Source: Calditrichia bacterium
GTDB taxonomy: Bacteria; Calditrichota; Calditrichia; JAJRVZ01
Length of the DNA stretch: 64,000 bases
Assembly: GCA_963796965.1 (NCBI GenBank)
Contig: CAWCNS010000005.1
Location: 448,001 to 512,000 of the forward strand
Direction: 5' to 3'
The translations under genes were made by a program, and so were the position numbers. The notes under the pieces are model-generated. The model saw only the letters and a program-made list of their open reading frames with translations. It had not been told where the DNA came from and did no database searches. Of this stretch, positions 9,584 to 17,634 are shown piece after piece; the stretch's first letter is position 1; every line of letters begins with the position of its first letter.

Positions 9584-11955
9584 ATGTCTATGTCACCATA
9601 TTTTTTGAGGTTCTCTTCATACAGTTCTTTATGTTTTGCAAGTATTTCTTGGAAGCGAGGGTCGGAGCGGATTTTGTCATAAAGGGTATCGTTCTTAAGT
9701 CTTAGAAATCTACTTAATCCTTCTTTCTTTTCTTCTTCAAACCGATCCTGCAAAATGCTGATTGCCTCTTCTTTCATTCCAAGATAAAGATACAACCTCA
9801 GATTTGGTTTAGAAAATATTTTTAGTGCCTTCTCTTTTTCTCCGTTAACTGCATATCGTAATGCTCTTAGATATATTATCCTACCAGTATCCTGACCTAC
9901 CTGTTCAAATTTTAAACTTATTTCCTTTGCTTCATTGTATTTTTTCATATCATACAATAAACGTGCATACATAGATAAAGTAAGAACATCTTTCGGATCG
10001 ATCTCCAGTACTTTCTTATAATAAATCTCCGCTTCATTTAATTGTCCCATGAAATGATTAATCATTCCAATCTGAAAATATGGCAATAGATAAAGTGGAT
10101 CTAATTCTTTTGCTTTATTATAAAATTTAATACCTTGATAATACAGTCCCCTATTAATAAAAAAGTAACCAAACTGACAAATATTATCTATATCGTTTAT
10201 ATCTAATTCGATGCTCCTTTTATAATATTGATATGCTTTTTCTATTTCACCCTTTGCCCAATAAATTGACCCCTTAACATTATTAACCCTTGCTGAATTA
10301 GAGTCTAAGATTGATGCTATCCGAATAAAGTTTTCCTGTAATTTTAAGTACTTATCTTTTTCTTCCGCAGTTCGTACTTTATAATTGTAATATGTATTAT
10401 AAAGATCAGCCAATTCTGAATAGTTTGAAACATAATTAGAATCAAGTTCTATAGCCTTTAAAAGCATATTTTCTGCAGTGTCAAAATCTTCTACATAGTG
10501 AGAAAGTAAAAATTTATTATGGAAGTAATGTCCCTTCAAGTAGAACTCATAAGCTTCCGTATTACTTGGTCTATTAGATTTTATTTTTTTCTCTTCCTCT
10601 GGAGTAAGAGCGGCTAACAAGTTTGTGGCTATTCTTTCAGATATATCATCATAAATTGCAAAAATGCTATCTACTTGGTACTCATAATCATAATGTTGCG
10701 ACCACAAATGCGCCTCATCTTCACTCCTCACTAACTGTGCATGAATCCTTATTCTATTCCCAATTTTACTGGCACTGCCTTCAAGAATATTTTCCACATT
10801 TAATTCTTTACCAATTTGAGATACGCTATTCTCGGTGTTTTTAAATTTCATAACCGATGTTCGGGCAATAACCTTTAGTTTGTTTAGATTGCCAAGATTG
10901 GTGAGTATCTCTTCAGTAACACCATCGCAAAAGAACTCTTGATCTTTTTCTGGACTTAAATCTTTAAAAGGCAAGACAGCAATCGAGCTTTCCCATCCTG
11001 TTCCGCTCATCCAGTATGGCTGTATTAAGAGATACCCAACGACTATCAACATAAGAATTGATAGAATAACTACTGAGAGTCGAACAGATTTAGATCGTTT
11101 CTTTTGTGTTTCTTCTTTGGATGTCATGCCAGTGGATTCAGATTGTTTTCTTATGCACTGTAAATCCACAATCAATTCATCAACATGCTGATATCTGGCT
11201 GCCGGGCTCTTTTTAAGGCATTTATTGATTATCCGTTCCAGTTCCATCGGTACACCGGTTCTCAACGCGGTTAGCGGCTCTTGAGGATCATTCATGATTG
11301 AATAAATCACGGCGGATTCGTATTCACCCTTAAATGGCAGCTGCCCGCATAGCATCTCATAAAGGATGACACCTAATGACCAAATATCTGTCCTATAATC
11401 AACCTCTTCACCTTTTGCCTGCTCTGGTGACATGTAGGACACAGTACCTAAAGTGGTTGATTCTTTAGTGAGTTTTGTTTGTGTTGACAACTTCGCTAGT
11501 CCAAAATCAAGTACCTTGACAACACCTTCCTTCGTCAGCATAATATTAGCCGGCTTAATATCTCTATGAACAATTTCCTTCTCGTGCGCTTTAGCAAGAC
11601 CTTGTGCAATTTGAATGGCAATGTCTATGGTTTCTTCTATTTGTAGAGGCTTTTCTTTAATTCGTTTGTCTAATGTTTCACCTTCATAACAATCCATACA
11701 GATGAATATCTGGCCATCATCCGTCTCATCAATCTCATGAATCGTACAAATGTTATTATGCTGAAGGGCAGAGGCAGCTTTGGCTTCATGAATGAAGCGT
11801 TGCTTTTCCTCTTCGCTGGTGGTGAGATGTGGTGGTAAGAATTTGAGGGCGACAAAACGATCGAGATTGAGGTCTTGAGCTTTGTAAACAATCCCCATTC
11901 CGCCTTCGCCGAGTTTTTCGGTGATTTTGTAATGAGATATAGTTTTGCCGATCAT
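9580..11955 (-). CDS. Ser/Thr protein kinase-TM-TolB-N-like-TPR receptor, copy 1
   Basis: 791 aa; same architecture; stop overlaps the start of copy 2 (ATGA). Confidence 0.92.
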   Translation of the reverse strand: MIGKTISHYKITEKLGEGGMGIVYKAQDLNLDRFVALKFLPPHLTTSEEEKQRFIHEAKAASALQHNNICTIHEIDETDDGQIFICMDCYEGETLDKRIKEKPLQIEETIDIAIQIAQGLAKAHEKEIVHRDIKPANIMLTKEGVVKVLDFGLAKLSTQTKLTKESTTLGTVSYMSPEQAKGEEVDYRTDIWSLGVILYEMLCGQLPFKGEYESAVIYSIMNDPQEPLTALRTGVPMELERIINKCLKKSPAARYQHVDELIVDLQCIRKQSESTGMTSKEETQKKRSKSVRLSVVILSILMLIVVGYLLIQPYWMSGTGWESSIAVLPFKDLSPEKDQEFFCDGVTEEILTNLGNLNKLKVIARTSVMKFKNTENSVSQIGKELNVENILEGSASKIGNRIRIHAQLVRSEDEAHLWSQHYDYEYQVDSIFAIYDDISERIATNLLAALTPEEEKKIKSNRPSNTEAYEFYLKGHYFHNKFLLSHYVEDFDTAENMLLKAIELDSNYVSNYSELADLYNTYYNYKVRTAEEKDKYLKLQENFIRIASILDSNSARVNNVKGSIYWAKGEIEKAYQYYKRSIELDINDIDNICQFGYFFINRGLYYQGIKFYNKAKELDPLYLLPYFQIGMINHFMGQLNEAEIYYKKVLEIDPKDVLTLSMYARLLYDMKKYNEAKEISLKFEQVGQDTGRIIYLRALRYAVNGEKEKALKIFSKPNLRLYLYLGMKEEAISILQDRFEEEKKEGLSRFLRLKNDTLYDKIRSDPRFQEILAKHKELYEENLKKYGDIDI

Positions 11956-11958
11956 GTG

Positions 11959-12094
11959 CTGTGCCTAAAGTTGTAGAAAGAATCAATAATATAAAATCAG
12001 TCAGAACGAACGATGCTCAATAGAAATAGGAAGGATATATAGGAAACTAACTAAGATCGACAAAAAGGGCAAGAAGAAAATGGAGAATGCTGTG
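11959..12094 (-). promoter_or_regulatory. Duplicated 136-bp upstream leader/promoter of kinase copy 1
   Basis: Near-identical to 5798-5933, at the same distance from the ATG. Confidence 0.7.
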
Positions 12095-12161
12095 ATGGGG
12101 CGATAATTATTATCGGGAATTTGTTTAGAAATTAGATATTAGAATTTAGGATTTAAAAGAG

Positions 12162-12234
12162 TAGCGCGTACGGGATTCGAACCCGTGTTACCGGCGTGAG
12201 AGGCCAGCGTCCTAAACCCCTAGACGAACGCGCC
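12162..12234 (-). tRNA. tRNA-Glu (CTC)
   Basis: GGCGCGTTCGTCTAGGGGTTTAGGACGCTGGCCTCTCACGCCGGTAACACGGGTTCGAATCCCGTACGCGCTA; cloverleaf; anticodon loop CTCTCAC; no encoded CCA. Confidence 0.95.
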
Positions 12235-12309
12235 CTTTTAAGAAAAAAGACAAAAGAAATAAGAAAAAGCTTTTTGTCTTTAATCTTTTTTCTTTTGTCT
12301 TAAAACAAG

Positions 12310-12383
12310 TACGCCTGCCAGGAGTCGAACCCGGAACCTTTTGGTCCGTAGCCAAACGCTCTATCCAATTGAGCTACAGGCGC
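12310..12383 (-). tRNA. tRNA-Arg (ACG)
   Basis: GCGCCTGTAGCTCAATTGGATAGAGCGTTTGGCTACGGACCAAAAGGTTCCGGGTTCGACTCCTGGCAGGCGTA; anticodon loop CTACGGA. Confidence 0.95.
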
Positions 12384-12533
12384 ATGCATTAAGTATATAA
12401 TATTAATGAAGTTAAGGTTATTGTGTTCCTAAGCGGTTTCTGTCATATTCCTTAATATTACTACCATTAAATATATATCGTCAGAATTTAATCAGTAGAT
12501 AGAGTTGAATCAAATATTTATTATACCTTGCAG

Positions 12534-12802
12534 TCAATACTTCGAGACACATACCGCCAGCACCTGCACCTCTGCCTTTCCCATGAATCCACCAGGAATA
12601 TTCGAATAGTCACCGCCTGTCATATTTCCGACTCCCTGACCTCCCATCCCAATAAATCGGATTGTAATCCGGTGACTTGGTGAAATTTCCACCAGACCGG
12701 TCTAATACTGAGGCAGGGATTAAATAAGGGATTCCCATAACACCAGTTAACGGTAGAGGTTGTTCTTTTTACAAAATGATGGCGAGTCATAGATTTCTTC
12801 AT
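12534..12802 (-). pseudogene. Truncated Gfo/Idh/MocA-family oxidoreductase, N-terminal fragment with degenerate Tat signal
   Basis: Across frameshifts reads MKKSMTRHHFVK...GIPYLIPASVL...PSHRITIRFIGMGGQG...EVQVLAVC, then stops; Rossmann GxGxxG present. Confidence 0.65.
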
Positions 12803-13869
12803 CGAAGAATTTTACCTTTTAGTTCTATCGTTATTGGATTCAGAAATGTATCCCACCTTGCCCAGGCGCCGTTTTCATCCTGGTAAGCATAGGATATAAA
12901 ATTATTTTCTTTCTGATCAATATGACCATCAGGCGTTCCGCTGATACCCGCATTATGACAACCCATCTGTATCCCGTTTTTTAACTTATGTGGTTTGCTG
13001 AAATGAATACCATCCCTGGATTCTCTGTAAATAATGTATCCGGCGGGGGTAAAACGTTCAGCGGTTGCAATCGCAATAAATTTTCCAAAATCATCAATAT
13101 ATTTGACATCGGCAGAATCTTCCCTTTTTTCACGATTGTATGCCACGCCCTTTAATTTTATCTTGGAAGGCCAGTTTTCAGGATCTGCCGGAGCAATCGC
13201 TACACGGGTTTGTTCAATTGCCTGTTTATCCATTGACAGATCGGACCAGGTATAGTATATGTATAATGAATCATCCTTCAAGACAAAGCTTGGTTCGCCC
13301 GCTCCCCAGGCCTCCTTCGATCCGGTGAATTCGATGATTGGTTTTGGTATCCCCCCCCAACGTTGGCCAGTCCATTTTTCAAATGGGCCGGTTGGAAGCA
13401 CTGAACGGGCTACAAAAACAGCATTACCTTTCCCCTGCTTATCGTAAACGGCTGTCACGCCAAGATAATAATAGCCACCAAATTTTATGACACCGGGGTC
13501 ACAAACCGACATCCTGTCCGGAGAATTTGGCGTTGGTTGCAAAACAATGACCTCTTCTCCCCACGATTTGCCACCGTCAACTGAACGTCTGTGACGTATC
13601 CAGTCCCATTGTTCAGGAATGCCAGTAGAAGCAAACCACATATCAATACTTTTATCAGGATTAATGATAATCGATGGACCGTAGCGATAACTTGCCTCTT
13701 CTACATGCTTATATATCATCCAGCCTGGAGAAGCCTTTAAAGTGATTGTCTGAGCCCCCGAATCTGCACTGCTTAGCATGATCAATATGATGCCAAGTAT
13801 GATTAGCCTTGATGATAAAAAACGCCTTCGTCCCAAATTTGATTGTCTTTTGTCTGCGGTACGTATCAT
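12799..13869 (-). CDS. Secreted beta-propeller glycoside hydrolase (GH43/clan F-J-like)
   Basis: Signal peptide; Asp-box SVDGGKSW; VCDPGVIKFGGYYYL; WGAGEPSFV. Confidence 0.6.
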   Translation of the reverse strand: MIRTADKRQSNLGRRRFLSSRLIILGIILIMLSSADSGAQTITLKASPGWMIYKHVEEASYRYGPSIIINPDKSIDMWFASTGIPEQWDWIRHRRSVDGGKSWGEEVIVLQPTPNSPDRMSVCDPGVIKFGGYYYLGVTAVYDKQGKGNAVFVARSVLPTGPFEKWTGQRWGGIPKPIIEFTGSKEAWGAGEPSFVLKDDSLYIYYTWSDLSMDKQAIEQTRVAIAPADPENWPSKIKLKGVAYNREKREDSADVKYIDDFGKFIAIATAERFTPAGYIIYRESRDGIHFSKPHKLKNGIQMGCHNAGISGTPDGHIDQKENNFISYAYQDENGAWARWDTFLNPITIELKGKILR

Positions 13870-14099
13870 GTTTTAATTCCAATCTTCGTATGTCAAATAT
13901 TTCAATTCATTATCTACCAATTACTTTACTTAAAACTTCCTTACGGATCAATTTACAATTTGAGTTTATATTGAAGTAGTATTAAAAGGCTAATAGAAGT
14001 ATCCATAATTATGTTTCAACATAAATTAGAACTCTTTTTTTAAATACAATATAAAGTAATATTTTAGAAATGGTTTATATTTTGTATATTTTTAATCGA

Positions 14100-14388
14100 A
14101 TCGGTATGAGATTTGATAAGGGATATGGGATTTGTTATTCGATCTAATATCTGGATTGGGCATTAATAATTTGACATTGATTGGAAATTGAGATTTTGAT
14201 ATTGGTAATTGATCCGGGATGCGGGATACCGGATATGAGATTTGGGATACGTGATGCGTGATATGGGATATGGGATACAGGTCAAATCGTGGAAGATTTG
14301 ATCCCGATATGCCGCAAGTCGAAGAACCCGTTCTACGGGGGATAGAGGCTTTTTAATCGGGAAAAATTGAATATTGAAGTTATTGATT
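14100..14388 (+). repeat. Dispersed repeat element, single-unit copy (reverse complement of 41314-about 41600)
   Basis: Reverse complement shares ccgattaaaa.gcctctatcccccgtagaacggg, ggcatatcgggatcaaatc and heptamer blocks (atcccat/atcacgc/atctcat) with the 41.3-kb locus. Confidence 0.8.
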
Positions 14389-14411
14389 TCTGTCTTCCTA
14401 TCAAATACTAT
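14383..14411 (+). promoter_or_regulatory. Putative sigma70-like promoter TTGATT-N17-TACTAT
   Basis: Exact 17-nt spacing; 40 nt upstream of ATG 14452. Confidence 0.5.
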
Positions 14412-14451
14412 TTTACTATACGCACAGCTTATAAATTAAAGGAATACGGCC

Positions 14452-15666
14452 ATGCTTATTAACCGAAAAAAGTTTTTAAAATATCTGGCTGCCTCATTTT
14501 TTGGTCTTCAGGGACGAGGTTTTGGCCGGATTCTGCCCACAGGCGACAACAACAACCAGATGGAATATGGATGGACGACCTGTCTTACCTATGAAACAAA
14601 TGACCGCCGGCTTTCCTTCGACTATTACAATAATCTACTAGAAGAAATAGCTGCCAATGGTATGACCCGCTTAATTGTCATGATGGCCAGTCATGGCTAC
14701 TTTTCCCCAAAAAATCATGGCATAGCCTGGCCCGTACGTAATCAAAAACTTACCTACCAAATAGACAAAAAGGCCGTTAATGCCCAGGAAGAAACCGAGT
14801 TTTTTTCCAAAATCATTACACGGGCCAAAGAATTGAATATAAAAATACTGATCGAGATTAAATATCTGGGCATGATTGGTGTTGAAAAGGGCTATCCCGG
14901 TGTTGAGTTTTTGCGGACGAAAGAAGGCAATATTATCCACACCATTCGCCCGGAAGCAAGTGATTATGAACGTAGGGCCATTGAATGTCTTCATCTCTGC
15001 TGTGACAGCCCCCAGGCACATCTCTACATGCGCGATAAGATTTCTGATGTATTGACCCGCTATCAAAACCTCGATGGAATCGTGTTAGAACATCCCTCTT
15101 ACTCGGGGGATACCTGCTATTGCCAACATTCCCGCGAGAGAATAATGAAGGATACCGGGCGAGATATCGACAATCTTTCTCGTGATGAATTGCTGGAGTG
15201 GAAAAGCCATAGAATAAGAGAAACACTTATCGATTTAAAGAAATTGGTTAAGTCCATCAATCCGCAATTTGAATACGCTTTTTATAGTGGTTTCTCCCCC
15301 TCCGATTCTAACATTGCCGCCTTTCAGCAGAACAGGGGTCATGACACCAAAGCCCTGAACGAAGTAGGTCTGGACTTTGTGATGCCTTATTGTGAGGGAC
15401 GTCATAAGGAGTTTGAAACAGTGGAAATTGAAAGGGTGATTGACTATCTGGCACCGCTGGATTTTTATTTACACACCACAATCCGAAGAGACGCACCGCA
15501 TAACTATAAACTGCCCCCAAAAGGGCCGGACTATGTTAAAAATATTATCCGCTGGGGTAAAGAGTACCATAAGAAAAACAACCGCTTTAAGGGTATGATA
15601 TTTTTTAATGAAGTCAAAATCCCTCAAGAAAACAGGGATGCTGTCTATCAGTCAATCAAAGTGTGA
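14452..15666 (+). CDS. Hypothetical protein, probable TIM-barrel glycoside hydrolase-like, with Tat-like N-terminus
   Basis: 404 aa; NRKKFLK leader; LTRYQNLDGIVLEHP..CYC pattern seen in GHL10-like proteins; AAGGA RBS. Confidence 0.5.
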   Translation: MLINRKKFLKYLAASFFGLQGRGFGRILPTGDNNNQMEYGWTTCLTYETNDRRLSFDYYNNLLEEIAANGMTRLIVMMASHGYFSPKNHGIAWPVRNQKLTYQIDKKAVNAQEETEFFSKIITRAKELNIKILIEIKYLGMIGVEKGYPGVEFLRTKEGNIIHTIRPEASDYERRAIECLHLCCDSPQAHLYMRDKISDVLTRYQNLDGIVLEHPSYSGDTCYCQHSRERIMKDTGRDIDNLSRDELLEWKSHRIRETLIDLKKLVKSINPQFEYAFYSGFSPSDSNIAAFQQNRGHDTKALNEVGLDFVMPYCEGRHKEFETVEIERVIDYLAPLDFYLHTTIRRDAPHNYKLPPKGPDYVKNIIRWGKEYHKKNNRFKGMIFFNEVKIPQENRDAVYQSIKV

Positions 15667-15857
15667 ATGAATCGGACAGTTTTTACCTGGTCACTTATAT
15701 TCGATCAAAAGTGAGATTTTCTCATTTTGGCTGATTTATTTACCTATATTCTCTCTAACCATTCACAATAACATGATTATTATCCCTACAACCACAAGCA
15801 AGGACTCACTATTCTTTGCGATTATAAGATGAGTGACAATAAGAAAGGATGTACATA

Positions 15858-15971
15858 ATGGGAGACAAAGGCGGTAAGAAAGATAAGAGCAAGACAGAGA
15901 AACAAAAGAAAGTGAAACAAGATCAAGAGAAAAAAAGAAAATCAGATAAGGCACCGAAAAGAGCCCAGTAA
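15858..15971 (+). CDS. Small lysine-rich protein (37 aa)
   Basis: MGDKGGKKDKSKTEKQKKVKQDQEKKRKSDKAPKRAQ*, with an AAAGGA RBS upstream; below the ORF-track cut-off. Confidence 0.65.
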   Translation: MGDKGGKKDKSKTEKQKKVKQDQEKKRKSDKAPKRAQ

Positions 15972-16198
15972 CCGAGAGAAAGATTCAAATAGATTTGGGC
16001 TACAAATCCTGATAATACTCGAATCCCAAATCCCAATCAACTTGCTTCAGAATTTGATCTGCTAACAATTAATCCATTTTCAATCCTAATAATCCTATCT
16101 ACATACTTTTTGAGACGTAAATCATGACTTGCGACCAAAACGCATTTGCCCTGCGAGCGGGCGAGGGAATGTAAGAGATGAATAATATCAATTCCCTG

Positions 16199-17378
16199 CT
16201 ATTTATCCAGATCAATTTTCACGGTATATACTTGCGCGGATCCGGTTTTATCGGTGCTGAAGAGTACATATCGGCCATTGGGGCTAAAATGAGGATGGGG
16301 GTGGGATGCCTGCCCTTGCCAACTGGAATCATGACGAAAAAGCGGTTGCGTTTTTGCAATATTACGATCCTCAATGGTCATAAGCGTCAGCACCATGCCG
16401 TCATAAACATCCACAACCCAATGTTTAAGATCCTTAAACATCTGCGAATGGGAATATAATACCGGCGCTTCCATCATATAATTATCACTGCCGTCCGGCT
16501 TACAGCTTCCCAGAAATTGTTTTCCATTATTGGGCCCGTATTTATAGCGGGCTGAATAGCCGATCCGGGATCCATCCGGGAAACCAGAATTCATGGGTAC
16601 GATGGATGCCAAATTCCTGAGGTCCAACCGGACCCCCATCTGTCCCATCAATATTGATCCACCAGATACGCATGGGTGTCTTACCTCGGATTCCCGGATA
16701 ATTCCCCTCCCGGTAAAGATGCTGCCAACAATAAGAAATTAGATTGGGATCCGTCGGGCTGGCCTGTAGGTGTCCAATGACAAATCCATAATCCGGCGAG
16801 ATTTGAATCTTTTCCCCCGTTTGGGTATTTAACTTATAAATAATATAGGGTCCCAGGGGCTCAACCTGGTCTTTGGTCCTCGATTTTTTGGATTCATCGA
16901 CAGCGATGACAATCCATTGCCCATCACAGGTCACTGTAAATGAACGTGGTCTCGAATCCAAGTCAGAGATTTCCCTTGATTCATAGGATTTGGTATTTAA
17001 TGCTTTAATGGTATTCCCAGCCACGTACCAGATGGTCTTATGCTGGGGCCAATGCCAGATATGAGATCCCAAATTGATTTCATCTGTCATTTGAACCATA
17101 TCTCCCGTTTCGAGATCCAGTTTGAAGAGGTTTGTAGAACCGCTTCTCTCGGAAAATATGATGGCATGGGTTTCATCAATAAATGATTCAATATTAAAAT
17201 ACACATGCCAGCTGAGGGATTCATCATTCGTCCATTGGGTTATTTCATAGCCAAATTCCGGATCAACCCAGGTTTTCTTTTCACCCGGCCAGACTTTTCC
17301 CACATCTGATGCGGCACTTCCATTAATTAATCCCAATAAAACAAATATAGTGATAGTAATATTTGATTTTTTAAACAT
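16199..17378 (-). CDS. Oligogalacturonate lyase-like (PL22/TolB-type beta-propeller) secreted protein; one frameshift near 16578
   Basis: Signal peptide; WVDPEFGYEITQWT, IGHLQASP, THEFW..DG, HPHPHFSPNGRYVLF; the two ORFs join with one indel. Confidence 0.7.
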
Positions 17379-17584
17379 TCGCGATGTCCTTCGATTTAAA
17401 TATGTTTTCCATTATTCCATTGTCAGAAAGGTCTATAAAATAAAACAAACAATAAAATCTTTCCTAATTTAATATAAGTTAATACGAAAAAGAATTCTAT
17501 AAATTTACGTGGGTCTTATTGAGGATAATGTGCATCGCTATTGCTAAATAACGTAGCGTTCACGTACCAAAGATGATATAAAAT

Positions 17585-17609
17585 AAAAAACGCCGCGATC
17601 GTTGCGGCG
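17585..17609 (-). terminator. Rho-independent terminator of the signalling operon
   Basis: Minus strand CGCCGCaacgatcGCGGCG-TTTTTT, just downstream of stop 17635. Confidence 0.75.
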
Positions 17610-17634
17610 CTGCGTGAATAAGATGCTTAAACTA

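Noticed and set aside
906..11955. Diversity-generating retroelement behind the TPR variation
   Set aside because: No reverse transcriptase in the window; differences between the tails are mostly synonymous and not adenine-specific.
15763..15954. 63-aa hydrophobic minus-strand ORF
   Set aside because: Antisense shadow of the Lys-rich small ORF, which has the RBS.
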